A stretch of DNA of 64,000 nucleotides from an uncultured SAR86 cluster bacterium (GCA_902608115.1 CACLMT010000003.1:40302-104301); one strand, 5' to 3'. Numbered from the stretch's first letter, positions 27,951 to 39,033 are shown. The notes: generated by a model not told the origin, from the letters alone. A program made the numbers and translations.

Positions 27951-30487
27951 TAATCTACCTCTTCTTCAGGGGGAATCCTAACCCCCTCAATCAACTTTTC
28001 TCCTTCTTTAGGGGTTATCACTTTTACACCTTGTGTATTCCTTCCTAGAACGGGGATCTGACTTATTGCAGTTCTTATAAGTGTCCCTTTATCACTGATT
28101 AACATAACTCCATCATCTTCATTAACAGCAACAGCTGAAACCATATTACCATTTCTCTCACTTGTTTTAAGAGCTATTACACCCTGCCCACCTCTATTAT
28201 AAGTAGGGAAATCTTCAAACTTAGTTTTCTTACCAAATCCATTTTCAGATAAACATAAAATTGTCTTATTCTGCTCGCCAATAAGTAAAGAAATAACTTT
28301 CATACCCTCTTTAAGCCTGATTCCTCTTACACCTCTAGCAATTCTTCCCATTGGGCGAACCCTAGATTCATGAAATCTTATTAACTTTCCAGATGAAGAA
28401 GAAAGTAAAATATCATTATCACCATCTGTTATAACTGTTCCCACCAACTTATCATCATCATCTAACCTAATTGCCTTGATACCGGATTTATATTTTTTAT
28501 GAAATAAATTTAAATTTGTTTTTTTTACAACTCCATTACGGGTTGCCATAAAGACATATTTATCTTCAGTAAATTTATCTACAGGCAAAATTTGTGTAAC
28601 AGTCTCATCATCATCTAGCTTTAACATATTAACCAACGGTCTGCCTTTAGATGTTCTACTAGCAACTGGAACTTCATAAACCTTAAGCCAAAATACTTTA
28701 CCCTTAGTAGTGAAACATAAAAGCTGGCTATGAGAACTCAAAACATATAAATTCTGAATTAAATCTTCTTCCTTTACAGATGCTCCAGCCTTTCCCACAC
28801 CACCACGTCGCTGCTCTCTATACTCATCAAGTGGTTGAGTTTTTGCGTAGCCACTTCTAGATAAAGTTAAAACACGGATTTCTTCCGGAATTAAATCTTC
28901 ATTTGAAATGTCATGACGAGTATCGTTTATATTTGTTTTTCTTTCATCTCCAAAATTTTCTCTAACTTGAATCAACTCATCTTTGATTAAAGTCAACATC
29001 GTTTGTTTATCATCTAATATTTTCTGAAGCTCTAAGATTGCTTCTAATATTTCATCAAACTCATCTGATAATTTTTCTTGCTCTAAGCCAGTTAATCTAG
29101 CTAATCTAAGCTCAAGAATTGATTTAGCCTGATCAGGAGACAGTTTGTAATTTTTTCCTTTAATTCCATAATCCTTTGAAAGATTTTTTGGTTTGCAAAC
29201 ATCTTTCCCAGCTTTTTTTAGTATTGCCTCAATAGGTCCTGCCTTCCAAGATTTCTTACATAGCTCAACGACAGCAATCTTTGGATCTTTTGATTTCTTG
29301 ATTATAGTAATCACAGAATCAATATTGGCTATTGCTACCATCAAACCCTCTACGATATGACCTCTTTCCTTAGCTTTTTTTAAATCAAATTTTGTTCTTT
29401 TGGTGACTACGTCTTTTCGATGTTTAATAAACTCTTGTAATATCTCTTTAATATTCAAAACACGTGGTTGGCCACCTACTAAAACAGTGAAATTAATTCC
29501 AAACGATTGCTCTAACTGCGACTGAGCAAATAAATTATTCTCTAAAACCTCAACTGATTCTCCCTTTTTTACCTCTATAACTACTCGCAAACCATCTTTA
29601 TCAGATTCGTCTCTAATCTCACTAATACCATCAATTTTTTTCTCTTTCACGAGTTCAGCAATTTTTTCAAGCATCCTTGCTTTATTAACCATATAAGGTA
29701 TTTCATTGATAATAAGAGAGCTTTTACCAGACTTATCTTCTTCAGTTGCAGTTTTGGCACGAACATGAATAATTCCTCTCCCTGTCTTGTATCCTTCATA
29801 TATCCCAATTCGACCATCAATTGTTCCTCCAGTTGGAAAATCAGGCCCTTTAATAACTTGAATAATTTGATCAATACTTGCCTTGGGGTTATCTAATAAC
29901 AATAAACAACCATTGAGAACTTCAGTAAGATTATGGGGAGGGACATTTGTAGCCATCCCAACTGCTATACCAGATGAGCCATTAACCAAGAGTGTTGGGA
30001 TTCTTGTCGGCATAACATCTGGAATTTGTTCTGTTCCATCATAATTTGGTGAAAAACTGACAGTATCTTTTTCTATGTCATTTAAAATCATGTCGGTTAT
30101 TTTTGCCATTCTAACTTCGGTATATCTCATGGCGGCTGGTGAATCACCATCAATAGAACCAAAATTTCCCTGTCCTTCAACCAGGGGATATCTCATAGAA
30201 AAATCTTGAGCCAACCTGACCATTGCTTCATACACAGCAGAATCACTGTGAGGATGATATTTACCTATTACATCCCCAACGACTCTGGCAGATTTTTTGT
30301 ATGATTGTCGATATGTATTTCTGAGAATATGTTGAGCGTATAGAATCCTTCTATGAACTGGTTTTAAACCATCTCTAACATCAGGTAAAGCTCTACCATG
30401 AATAACGCTCATGGCATAACTTAAATATGAGGTTTTTAACTCATCTTCAATATTTATTGGTAGGATTTCTTTGGCGAAATCGGTCAT
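27950..30487 (-). CDS. gyrA: DNA gyrase subunit A
   Basis: The 845-aa ORF has the QRDR region [16 protein letters not shown], the active-site AAMRYTE and C-terminal beta-pinwheel repeats. Confidence 0.95.
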   Translation of the reverse strand: MTDFAKEILPINIEDELKTSYLSYAMSVIHGRALPDVRDGLKPVHRRILYAQHILRNTYRQSYKKSARVVGDVIGKYHPHSDSAVYEAMVRLAQDFSMRYPLVEGQGNFGSIDGDSPAAMRYTEVRMAKITDMILNDIEKDTVSFSPNYDGTEQIPDVMPTRIPTLLVNGSSGIAVGMATNVPPHNLTEVLNGCLLLLDNPKASIDQIIQVIKGPDFPTGGTIDGRIGIYEGYKTGRGIIHVRAKTATEEDKSGKSSLIINEIPYMVNKARMLEKIAELVKEKKIDGISEIRDESDKDGLRVVIEVKKGESVEVLENNLFAQSQLEQSFGINFTVLVGGQPRVLNIKEILQEFIKHRKDVVTKRTKFDLKKAKERGHIVEGLMVAIANIDSVITIIKKSKDPKIAVVELCKKSWKAGPIEAILKKAGKDVCKPKNLSKDYGIKGKNYKLSPDQAKSILELRLARLTGLEQEKLSDEFDEILEAILELQKILDDKQTMLTLIKDELIQVRENFGDERKTNINDTRHDISNEDLIPEEIRVLTLSRSGYAKTQPLDEYREQRRGGVGKAGASVKEEDLIQNLYVLSSHSQLLCFTTKGKVFWLKVYEVPVASRTSKGRPLVNMLKLDDDETVTQILPVDKFTEDKYVFMATRNGVVKKTNLNLFHKKYKSGIKAIRLDDDDKLVGTVITDGDNDILLSSSSGKLIRFHESRVRPMGRIARGVRGIRLKEGMKVISLLIGEQNKTILCLSENGFGKKTKFEDFPTYNRGGQGVIALKTSERNGNMVSAVAVNEDDGVMLISDKGTLIRTAISQIPVLGRNTQGVKVITPKEGEKLIEGVRIPPEEEVD

Positions 30488-30569
30488 TTATATAGCCTAA
30501 AAACGTTATTTTTAATATGTAGAAAAATCTCTTATTTAAGGCTATATTTTAGCATAATTCAGGGTTTTT

Positions 30570-31964
30570 TTAGTCTTTAAATTCCGAGACAATTTGACTA
30601 ATAGACTCCTTTGCGTCTCCAAATAACATTCTAGTATTTTCTTTAAAAAATAAGGGATTTTGAACGCCAGCAAAACCCGATGACATTGATCTTTTAAGTA
30701 CAAAAACTGTTTTTGCCTTATGGGTTTCTATTATTGGCATCCCGTAAATAGGACTTCCCTCCTCTTCAGTTGCAGATGGGTTCACCACATCATTTGCCCC
30801 GATTACCATTGCAACGTCAATTGAATCCATTGATGGGTTAACATCATCAGGTTCAGCGAGAAGATCATAAGAAACATTTGCTTCAGCTAACAACACATTC
30901 ATATGCCCAGGCATTCTTCCCGCAACAGGATGAATTCCATATTTAACCTCTGTCCCATTTGCTTCTAAGAGTTCTCCCATTTCTCTAACTACATGCTGAG
31001 CTTGCGCCACAGCCATACCATAACCTGGAACAACTAACACAGATGATGCATTTTCTAAGATTAAGTATGCATCATCTGCTGAAATTGGCTTAACCTCTCC
31101 CTGTTCCTCAGAAAAAGATGAGGAGGAGGAAGTTGATGCATAACCAACGAATAAAATATTACCAATGGTTCTATTCATTGCCTTGGCCATAATAATTGTA
31201 AGTATTAAACCACTAGCACCAACTAATGAACCTGCAACAATAAGAACATTATTCAGAAGCAATAATCCTGCAAAAGCTGCAGCAATGCCAGAAAAAGAAT
31301 TTAATAAAGAAATAACTACTGGCATATCGCCACCTCCAATAGGCATTACAAAACCCAGTCCTGCTATTAAAGTTAATCCTAGAAAAATAAAGAAATAAGA
31401 AGAAAATTGGGGTATGAACTGAGATATAAATGGTTCACAAATAACATAAAGTAAAGCAGGAAAACTTAAATAAAAAAAAGATATCAAAATATTTGTAATC
31501 CATGACCCTTTTCCAAGCTTCAATATCTCTGAAAGCTTTCCATATGCAACCAATGATCCGGCAAAAGTTATTCCACCAATATAAACCGTTAACATTATCA
31601 AAACATGTTGAAAGAAACTGTTATTTGGAGAATTAAATTGAGACCATGCAATCAAGAAAGTTGCTAAACCTCCAAACCCATTAAATAAAGCAACCATTTC
31701 TGGAATTGCTGTCATCTTAACTTTTATAGCTATTAAGGATCCTATAAATCCACCAAGTAATATTCCTGAAATTATAATTTTTATATCAATGCCTAAGTTA
31801 AGACACGTGATACCAACCGCTAAAAACATCGCTATGGCTGATAAATAATTCCCCCTAACAGCAGTAGCTTCTTTCCCAAGCATTTTGATACCAAAAATAA
31901 AAAGAATAGAAGATGCAATATAAACAATATTTTGTATCGCGCTTACGTTAGTAATCGAATCCAT
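30570..31964 (-). CDS. pntB: NAD(P) transhydrogenase subunit beta
   Basis: The track ORF extends to 32054, but the ATG at 31964 (MDSITNVSAIQNIVYIASSILFIFGIK) lies 4 nt after the pntAB stop and matches PntB N-termini. The C-terminal dIII domain has VPGYGMAVAQAQ and GANDVVNP. Confidence 0.85.
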   Translation of the reverse strand: MDSITNVSAIQNIVYIASSILFIFGIKMLGKEATAVRGNYLSAIAMFLAVGITCLNLGIDIKIIISGILLGGFIGSLIAIKVKMTAIPEMVALFNGFGGLATFLIAWSQFNSPNNSFFQHVLIMLTVYIGGITFAGSLVAYGKLSEILKLGKGSWITNILISFFYLSFPALLYVICEPFISQFIPQFSSYFFIFLGLTLIAGLGFVMPIGGGDMPVVISLLNSFSGIAAAFAGLLLLNNVLIVAGSLVGASGLILTIIMAKAMNRTIGNILFVGYASTSSSSSFSEEQGEVKPISADDAYLILENASSVLVVPGYGMAVAQAQHVVREMGELLEANGTEVKYGIHPVAGRMPGHMNVLLAEANVSYDLLAEPDDVNPSMDSIDVAMVIGANDVVNPSATEEEGSPIYGMPIIETHKAKTVFVLKRSMSSGFAGVQNPLFFKENTRMLFGDAKESISQIVSEFKD

Positions 31965-31968
31965 AAAA

Positions 31969-32241
31969 TTACTTCTTCTTAAACATGCTAAGCATTCTAT
32001 TGGTAACCAGATAGCCTCCAAAAACATTAATGGAAGCAAATAGAATTGCTCCAAATGCTAAGATAGTTTGAGTTTGATCTTCTGAAGAAAGCATTAAAGC
32101 ACCTACTAATGCAATTCCAGATATTGCATTTGCACCTGACATAAGAGGAGTATGAAGGGTGCTTGGAACTTTTGATATAAGCTCAAGACCAAGAAATATA
32201 GATAGAAGCAATACAAATCCTAATAAAACATATATTTCCAT
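31969..32241 (-). CDS. pntA: NAD(P) transhydrogenase subunit alpha part 2 (membrane dII piece)
   Basis: This 90-aa, three-TM ORF lies between the alpha-1 and beta genes, as in split three-gene transhydrogenases. Confidence 0.8.
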   Translation of the reverse strand: MEIYVLLGFVLLLSIFLGLELISKVPSTLHTPLMSGANAISGIALVGALMLSSEDQTQTILAFGAILFASINVFGGYLVTNRMLSMFKKK

Positions 32242-33362
32242 TATATAAACCTCTCATTTTTAATTTCACCATCATAAACCAACACACTGTTTTGAATAAT
32301 TTCATCTTCAAAGTCAAAGTTTATAGACCCTAATTCAAGATTATAAAAGTCTGTAATCCAATTAATAATATTATTGGAAAGAGAAAATGAGGCATGATTT
32401 GAAACCTTTGAAGACAGATTTGAAATACCAACAATTTTAACTCCATTCATATCAATAACTTCATCGACTTGTGAGCCCTCAACATTACCACCAGTCTCTA
32501 CAGCCATATCTAAAATTACACTTCCAGGTTTCATTTTTCTAATTGTGTCTCTATCAATTATTTTTGGAGCAGGTCTCCCAAAAATTTGTGCAGTTGTAAT
32601 AACTATATTTGATCTTTCACAAACTAAACTTTGTAATTCTTTTTGCTTTTCAATTTGTTCAGAAGTCAGTTCTTTTGCATAACCCTGGTCAGTTTCACCC
32701 GTTTCACCTAAATCAATTTTTACAAACTTGGCACCCAAAGACTTAACCTGTTCCTCAACTATATCTCTTGTATCGAACGCTTCTACTCTTGCCCCTAGCC
32801 TCTTTGCTGTAGCTATAGCTTGTAATCCTGCTACCCCAACTCCAATAACAAACACCTTGGCTGGTTTAAGAGTTCCAGCAGCGGTCATCATCATTGGAAA
32901 CGATGAATTTAAATATCTTGCAGCTTCCAATACTGCAGCATAACCAGCAAGATTAGCTTGTGAACTCAATACATCCATTTTCTGAGCTCTTGTAATTCTT
33001 GGAATAAACTCCATGCTAACTGCATTTACATTTGCTTTAGCTAATAGCTTTAATTCATCTTGTGCATAAAAAGGATTTAACATACCAATGACTGAACTCC
33101 CGACTTGAATTAGACCTACATCTTCACGATTCAAGGGAGAGGGAGTAATTATCATATTAGATGTCGATAAGCACTCTTCTCTAGATGACGATATTAATCC
33201 TAGATTAATAAGCTCTTCATCGGACACATTAATCCCTGCACAAATTCCAGTTTCAAATTTAACTGAAATGCCTTCCAACTCAGTTAATCTTGATATTGTT
33301 TCTGGATGAATAACTGATCGAAGGTCTTTTAAGTCAGAAGGTTTTAATGCTGATATGATCAT
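32241..33362 (-). CDS. pntA: NAD(P) transhydrogenase subunit alpha part 1 (dI, NAD(H)-binding)
   Basis: The 373-aa ORF has an alanine-dehydrogenase/PNT fold and VIGVGVAGLQAIATAKRLGA. Confidence 0.85.
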   Translation of the reverse strand: MIISALKPSDLKDLRSVIHPETISRLTELEGISVKFETGICAGINVSDEELINLGLISSSREECLSTSNMIITPSPLNREDVGLIQVGSSVIGMLNPFYAQDELKLLAKANVNAVSMEFIPRITRAQKMDVLSSQANLAGYAAVLEAARYLNSSFPMMMTAAGTLKPAKVFVIGVGVAGLQAIATAKRLGARVEAFDTRDIVEEQVKSLGAKFVKIDLGETGETDQGYAKELTSEQIEKQKELQSLVCERSNIVITTAQIFGRPAPKIIDRDTIRKMKPGSVILDMAVETGGNVEGSQVDEVIDMNGVKIVGISNLSSKVSNHASFSLSNNIINWITDFYNLELGSINFDFEDEIIQNSVLVYDGEIKNERFI

Positions 33363-33400
33363 AGAAAATATTGTATGTCAGTTTCTTTATATTCAGAATT

Positions 33401-34174
33401 TTATAAATTTAAACTAACTCCCCCATCAACAGTAATGATCTGACCTGTAACAAGGCTAGAGTTATCAATCAGACTAAATATCACTTCAGAAATTGATTCA
33501 GGAGTACAAGTTTTTTTTAAAGGGGCTGTATTTTCTATATGACTCTTTGTGGCTTCATACACCTCATGACCCATGCCATTTTTTAACCATTCACCTTCTA
33601 TAAAACCAGGGCAAATTGCATTTACTCTAATGGGGCCAAGGTTTCTAGCCATAGATAAAGTCATTGTATTCAAAGCCCCTTTTGAAGAAGCGTAAGCAAT
33701 AGAGCTACCAATTCCCTTAATTCCTGCAATTGAAGAAATATTTACAATACTAGGATTATTACTTTTTAATAAAAAAAATTTTGCTGCTTTCACCATTTGG
33801 AATGGCCCTATAAGATTCACTAAATAAATACTTTGAAAGTCTTCAGCATTTAATAAATCAAGATTGGAATGATCCCATGCAAATTTTGTTGTACCCGCAT
33901 TATTCACTAAAGCATCTATTCTTCCCCATTTTTTAATCGCAGCATCAATTGTATTAATGCAATCATCATTGCTTGCTACGTCTGCTTTCATTGCAATTAC
34001 TTCTGAAGATTCAGACGTGCATTCTTGAGCAACAATATTGGCATCTTCTATAGATGAAGAGCAAGTAATAACAACATTCCAACCTTTAGAAGAAAGATTT
34101 TTAGCTGTCGCTGCACCAACTCCTCTGCTACCACCTGTAACTATTGCAACTGGATTATCTGACATAACTAACAC
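33401..34174 (-). CDS. SDR-family oxidoreductase (3-oxoacyl-ACP reductase-like)
   Basis: The 257-aa ORF has TGGSRGVG, NNAG and YASSK (YxxxK). Confidence 0.7.
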   Translation of the reverse strand: MLVMSDNPVAIVTGGSRGVGAATAKNLSSKGWNVVITCSSSIEDANIVAQECTSESSEVIAMKADVASNDDCINTIDAAIKKWGRIDALVNNAGTTKFAWDHSNLDLLNAEDFQSIYLVNLIGPFQMVKAAKFFLLKSNNPSIVNISSIAGIKGIGSSIAYASSKGALNTMTLSMARNLGPIRVNAICPGFIEGEWLKNGMGHEVYEATKSHIENTAPLKKTCTPESISEVIFSLIDNSSLVTGQIITVDGGVSLNL

Positions 34175-34247
34175 TCCATGGTATAAAAATATTAACTATT
34201 CTTGCATGCAATGATGTAATCTTCCACTTTTAGAAAATAAACATTGT

Positions 34248-34949
34248 ATGAAACAAAATATTGATCAAAATGAAGTAAATAAATTTGAAGCTATTGCAGA
34301 GAGTTGGTGGGATCCATTGGGAGATTTTAAACCTCTACATGTGATTAATCCTGTAAGGGCAAATTATATTAACAATAAAGCTCCATTAAATGGGTTGAAA
34401 GCTTTAGATGTGGGCTGTGGTGGTGGCCTGTTAGCGGAAGCCCTAGATTCAAGAGGTGCACAAGTTACTGCAATTGATGTATCCGAAGCAAATATAGAGA
34501 TAGCTAAATTACATGCAAAGAAAGAAAAAAAAGAAATAAATTATCAACACATTACAGTTGAAGAATTAGCCAATATTAACATTGAGCATTTTGATGTTGT
34601 TACATGTTTAGAGGTAGTTGAACATGTTCCTGATCCTAGCAAACTAATTTTATCTTGTGTACAGCTATTAAAACCTAAAGGTCAATTATTCCTATCTACC
34701 TTGAATAGAAACCCTAGATCCTTTATTACAGCTATATTAGGTGCAGAATATATTTTTAATATTCTGCCTAAAGGCACTCACGAATGGAATAAATTTATTA
34801 AGCCTTCAGAATTAGAAAAATACATGCGCTTAGCAGGGGTAAAGTTAGTAGAAAGCAAGGGTATGTCTTATAACCCTATTTTGCACACCGCTAATCTCAA
34901 TGATGATTTGGGGGTAAATTACATAATGCATGGAACTAAAAATGCCTAA
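34248..34949 (+). CDS. ubiG: Ubiquinone biosynthesis O-methyltransferase
   Basis: The 233-aa ORF has FEAIAESWWDP, the SAM motif DVGCGGGLL and EVVEHV. Confidence 0.85.
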   Translation: MKQNIDQNEVNKFEAIAESWWDPLGDFKPLHVINPVRANYINNKAPLNGLKALDVGCGGGLLAEALDSRGAQVTAIDVSEANIEIAKLHAKKEKKEINYQHITVEELANINIEHFDVVTCLEVVEHVPDPSKLILSCVQLLKPKGQLFLSTLNRNPRSFITAILGAEYIFNILPKGTHEWNKFIKPSELEKYMRLAGVKLVESKGMSYNPILHTANLNDDLGVNYIMHGTKNA

Positions 34950-35592
34950 AGGAGTCCTATTTGATCTAGATGGAACCCTTCTAGATTCAGCGCCTGATTT
35001 TATAGTAAGTTTAAATAATTTATTAAAAAAATATGGAAAACCCAAATTAGACTCAGAAATTATTCGTACAAATGTTTCTGATGGAAGTTGGAAGTTAATT
35101 AGTTTGGGTTTTCAAATTGAGAGATCCCATAAAGATTGCAAAAAATTAAGAGAGGAATTATTAAATGAGTATGAAAGAAACTTACTGGCCTATGGAGGGG
35201 TTTTTGACGGAGTATCAGACATACTTGAATCATTAAAATTATCAAATATTCCTTATGGGATTGTAACAAATAAGCCTTTGAGGTTTGCTAAATCAATTAT
35301 AAAAAAGGAAATAGTTTTTGAGGATTGTAAAGCTCTAATATGTTCTGATCATTTAACGAATATGAAGCCCGATCCAGAAGGTATTTTAAAGGGATGTAAA
35401 GAGCTTGGAATTCACCCTGCTGAATGTGTCTATGTAGGAGATCACATAAATGATTTAGAGGCTGGAATAAATGCAGGAACTAAAATTCTTGCTTGTTATT
35501 ATGGTTATTCACTAAATCAAGGCCGTCATGCAAGACATATCATGGGAGCTAATCAACCTCGAGACCTTATTAAACTAATTGCCTCTTTATGA
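34930..35592 (+). CDS. HAD-IA hydrolase (phosphoglycolate phosphatase / MupP-like)
   Basis: The 220-aa ORF has motif I FDLDGTLLDS and motif III-IV VGDHINDLEAG. It follows ubiG as in Pseudomonas. The start may be the ATG at 34942 (MPKGVLF). Confidence 0.7.
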   Translation: MELKMPKGVLFDLDGTLLDSAPDFIVSLNNLLKKYGKPKLDSEIIRTNVSDGSWKLISLGFQIERSHKDCKKLREELLNEYERNLLAYGGVFDGVSDILESLKLSNIPYGIVTNKPLRFAKSIIKKEIVFEDCKALICSDHLTNMKPDPEGILKGCKELGIHPAECVYVGDHINDLEAGINAGTKILACYYGYSLNQGRHARHIMGANQPRDLIKLIASL

Positions 35593-36341
35593 AAATAGAT
35601 CTAGTAAATAAAACAATTCTTATTACTGGATCATCAGATGGAATTGGTAAAATGTTAGCTATAGAACTTTCTAAGCTTGGCGCTAATATTATTTTACTGG
35701 GTAGAAATCAAAAAAAATTAAATAATGTTTACGATCAATTAAATACTTCAACTTCTCTTCAAAAACATCTAATTATAGAGACTGATCTCAATACATTAAA
35801 TAATATAACAGCAGATGAAATGTTTATTGCAATTAACCAAGAATTTAATGATATAGATGGTTTAATCCATAATGCTGCAATTCTTGGAACAATGACCCCT
35901 TTAAGAGATTACGACATGTCCATATGGAATCAAGTAATCCAAACCAATCTAACAGCGCCATTTCTTTTAACTAAGGCTTTATTACCAATGCTAGCTACCT
36001 CATCCTTGCCAAGAATTATTTTTACGTCTTCAGGAGTTGCAAATATAGGTAAAAGTTTTTGGGGGGCCTATTCTGTTTCAAAATTTGGACTAAAGGGTTT
36101 GGCAGAAATTTTTGCTGATGAACTTGAGTCAACATCTCCAATCAAAGTTTTTAATTTTGATCCTGGTCCTACTAGAACTAATATGAGAGCTTCAGCTTAT
36201 CCAGCAGAAGATCCTAATAAAGTAAAGCCTACATTTGAATTGTTAAATTGTTATTTATGGTTTTTTAGCAAAGAAAGCATAGAAAGTAATGAAAATTATT
36301 TTGAATTCTCTGATCTATCTAAGAAAGTGAATTCCACATAA
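35589..36341 (+). CDS. SDR-family oxidoreductase (YciK-like)
   Basis: The 250-aa ORF has ITGSSDGIGK, HNAA and YSVSK. Confidence 0.65.
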   Translation: MKIDLVNKTILITGSSDGIGKMLAIELSKLGANIILLGRNQKKLNNVYDQLNTSTSLQKHLIIETDLNTLNNITADEMFIAINQEFNDIDGLIHNAAILGTMTPLRDYDMSIWNQVIQTNLTAPFLLTKALLPMLATSSLPRIIFTSSGVANIGKSFWGAYSVSKFGLKGLAEIFADELESTSPIKVFNFDPGPTRTNMRASAYPAEDPNKVKPTFELLNCYLWFFSKESIESNENYFEFSDLSKKVNST

Positions 36342-36903
36342 ATAAACTTAAATATGTTCTCCAGGGTTTAAAAACCTCATAAAAAGATTTGTCTAGCTTG
36401 TGCTCTGGAAAAAGCTTTTCATGAGCATGTTTAATGCCAAGATCGTTAATAGGGAATATATCTGAATCACCTAAATAAAACATTCTTGCCATGTGGACCG
36501 ACCATGGCCCTATTCCATAATTTGACAGTAACAGTTTTTCAAATTCTTCTTTGGGCATACTAATCAAAGCTTGCCTATCAAATTCTAATAGCTTTTTATT
36601 CTCTAAAAGACCTAATACATATCTTGTTTTAGACTGAGATAAGCCTGCTGTTTGAAGAAGCATATTAAAATCAACTAATTCATGATTTTCTTCAATAACT
36701 TTATGTACTCTTTTCCAAATTGTGTCAGCTGCTTTAGTGGAAAGTTGCTGACTTACAACAACTGAAATTAAATAATAAGTAAATGACAAAGAAGAAATTC
36801 TTATTTTTATTGGCTCAGACTTGTTCAAGTGATCTTCTAATTTATTAAAATTATTTTGTTTTGCTATTTTTAACAAGCTTCTAAAAGCTTCATTACTTTC
36901 CAT
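36319..36903 (-). CDS. HhH-GPD DNA glycosylase (DNA-3-methyladenine glycosylase II-like)
   Basis: The 194-aa ORF has VVSQQLSTKAA, the HhH motif GIGPWSVHM, and a catalytic Asp context (FPINDLGI). Confidence 0.65.
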   Translation of the reverse strand: MESNEAFRSLLKIAKQNNFNKLEDHLNKSEPIKIRISSLSFTYYLISVVVSQQLSTKAADTIWKRVHKVIEENHELVDFNMLLQTAGLSQSKTRYVLGLLENKKLLEFDRQALISMPKEEFEKLLLSNYGIGPWSVHMARMFYLGDSDIFPINDLGIKHAHEKLFPEHKLDKSFYEVFKPWRTYLSLFMWNSLS

Positions 36904-37615
36904 ATTTTTTAAGTTGCTCTATCTGAGATTCAGTTAGACGTAAGTATGTGCCTTCTTTAAGAGTAGACGGTAAAAAAATTGGGCCAATACGCACCCTCTT
37001 TAATCGACTGACTTGTAAATCTTGCGATTGAAATATCTTTCTCACTTCTCTGTTTTTCCCTGTTAGCATACAAACAGTAAACCATTGATTGGAACTTTTC
37101 TTTTCACCTATTACTATGTCAGAAAATTTATAAATCTGACCTTCAATTTTTACTCCAGACAGCATATTTTGTCTAATTTGTTCATCAAAATGTCCTCTTG
37201 CCCTTACTAAATATTCACGATCAATTTGATATGAAGGGTGCATTAATTGATGAGCCAAAGTTCCATCATTTGTAAACAGCATAAGTCCTGAGGTATTAAT
37301 ATCTAATCTACCAACAGCAATCCATTCAGGCTCATCATTAGTGTTGGGTAAAAAATCAAAAACTATTTCAATCTTTTTCTCTCGTTTTCTAGAAGACAAA
37401 ACTCCTGGAGGCTTATTTAACATAATTACTTTGAGTTCAGAGAACTGAAAAATAATCCTCTTTCCTTCGTAGCTTACTTCGTCGTCTTCAGAAACTTTTG
37501 CTCCCAATAAAGCAATAGATCCATTAATGGTAATTTTTCTATCTTTGATAAGTTTCTCACAGTATCTTCTTGAGCCTAGCCCTGATTGGGCTAAGAATTT
37601 CTGCAGACGCAGCAT
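36893..37615 (-). CDS. rluB: 23S rRNA pseudouridine synthase, RluB/RsuA family
   Basis: The 240-aa ORF has an S4 domain (LQKFLAQSGLGSRR) and the catalytic GRLDINTSGL. It lies downstream of scpB as in many gammaproteobacteria. Confidence 0.75.
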   Translation of the reverse strand: MLRLQKFLAQSGLGSRRYCEKLIKDRKITINGSIALLGAKVSEDDEVSYEGKRIIFQFSELKVIMLNKPPGVLSSRKREKKIEIVFDFLPNTNDEPEWIAVGRLDINTSGLMLFTNDGTLAHQLMHPSYQIDREYLVRARGHFDEQIRQNMLSGVKIEGQIYKFSDIVIGEKKSSNQWFTVCMLTGKNREVRKIFQSQDLQVSRLKRVRIGPIFLPSTLKEGTYLRLTESQIEQLKKYGK

Positions 37616-37619
37616 GTTC

Positions 37620-38183
37620 TTAACCTACTTCTAATTGATCTAAAGTCGCTTCAACTTGTAGAGCTTCTGGTAAGGCGGGTAAATCATTTATTGATTTTAG
37701 GTTAAGATCATTAAGAAATGTTTTAGTTGTCTCATATAGTACTGGTCTACCTGGAACATCTCTATAACCAACCGCTTTGATCCAATCTCTATCTAATAAA
37801 GATCTCATAATTTGGGTGCTAGCACTTACACCTCGAATCTCTTCAATATCTCCTCTAGTCACCGGTTGCTTATAGGCAATTATTGAAATTGTTTCCATTA
37901 GAGCGTTAGAAAGCTTATGTGAGCTATCATGCCAAAGAGGATATAGAAAATCACCATACTCATTTCTAATTTGTAAGCGATAACCAGATGCTACTTCTTT
38001 TAATTCAAGAGAACTAGAGATATATCGATCCTCTATTTCATTGAGGGCAACTTTAATATTAGGTAAATCTATGTCCATACTTTGAGATCCAAGTAAGGCT
38101 TTAATCTCTGATATTCTCAATGGACGTCCAGCCCCAAAGAGAATAGATTCAACAACATTTATTAAATTTTCAGGAAAATTCAT
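37620..38183 (-). CDS. scpB: Segregation and condensation protein B
   Basis: The 187-aa ORF has VESILFGAGRPL and IIAYKQPVTRGDIEEIRGV, the double winged-helix ScpB pattern. Confidence 0.8.
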   Translation of the reverse strand: MNFPENLINVVESILFGAGRPLRISEIKALLGSQSMDIDLPNIKVALNEIEDRYISSSLELKEVASGYRLQIRNEYGDFLYPLWHDSSHKLSNALMETISIIAYKQPVTRGDIEEIRGVSASTQIMRSLLDRDWIKAVGYRDVPGRPVLYETTKTFLNDLNLKSINDLPALPEALQVEATLDQLEVG

Positions 38184-38978
38184 TTAATGAAATCCTCGAT
38201 TGACAGATTTAAGATAAAGTTGATTTGAATCTTTATTTTGAATGAGCTCAACAAGACCATCCTTAGCAAGATCTAATGATGCTAAAAGAGAAACCGCAAC
38301 CCCTTGATGACCCTCTGATTTTTGAAAAATTTGAAAAAACTGAACTATATTTCTTTTTTTAAAAATAGATAGAATCAAAGCAATTCTTTCTTGAGTAGAA
38401 AGCTCTTCAAAATGTATTTGGTGATTTTCCTTAAATCTTGGTCGTGTTGATACTTTATAAAAAATATCAGTAATATCATTAGCATTAATTTCAACTTGAG
38501 GTTGTTGATCTTTAAATTTTGGCAATGCTGCTGATGCAAGAAAAAAATCTCTATCCACTCTTGGAAGATTTGAAACAGATTCTGAAACACTTTTATACCT
38601 TTGATATTCCTGTAATCTTCTAATCAATTCTGAACGCGGATCCATCTCCTCATCTTCTTCCTCAGATTGAGGAATCAACATTCTAGATTTAATATGTGCT
38701 AGCGTTGCTGCCATTACAAGATAATCAGCAGCAAGTTCAATTTTTAAAACATCCATAAATTCAATATATTGAATGTACTGATCCGTGATCTCTGAAATAT
38801 CTAATTCTAGAATATCAATATCTTTTTTCTGGATCAGATAAAGCAGCACATCCATCGGACCAGAAAAATCTTCTAAATAAATTTCTAATGCTTCAGGAGG
38901 AATAAATAAATCTTCAGGTAATCGAGTTAAAGCCTCGCCTTTTAAAAGAGGAAAATCTAGTTGTGATCGAGCCTTCAT
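38184..38978 (-). CDS. scpA: Segregation and condensation protein A (kleisin)
   Basis: The 264-aa ORF has FSGPMDVLLYLIQKKDIDI and EYLVMAATL-like (DYLVMAATLAHIKS) motifs. It lies immediately upstream of scpB. Confidence 0.8.
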   Translation of the reverse strand: MKARSQLDFPLLKGEALTRLPEDLFIPPEALEIYLEDFSGPMDVLLYLIQKKDIDILELDISEITDQYIQYIEFMDVLKIELAADYLVMAATLAHIKSRMLIPQSEEEDEEMDPRSELIRRLQEYQRYKSVSESVSNLPRVDRDFFLASAALPKFKDQQPQVEINANDITDIFYKVSTRPRFKENHQIHFEELSTQERIALILSIFKKRNIVQFFQIFQKSEGHQGVAVSLLASLDLAKDGLVELIQNKDSNQLYLKSVNRGFH

Positions 38979-39033
38979 AAGTTCAATTAGTACAAGATAG
39001 TGTAATTATAAGTCGTTTTTAATACAACATCTT

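Noticed and set aside
29647-29874. 75-aa same-strand ORF inside gyrA
   Set aside because: It is out of frame within a highly conserved part of gyrA, and no evidence supports an overlapping gene.
34202-34211. 10-bp palindrome TTGCATGCAA in the SDR/ubiG divergent region
   Set aside because: It is too short to be distinguishable from chance, and no repeated half-sites occur nearby.
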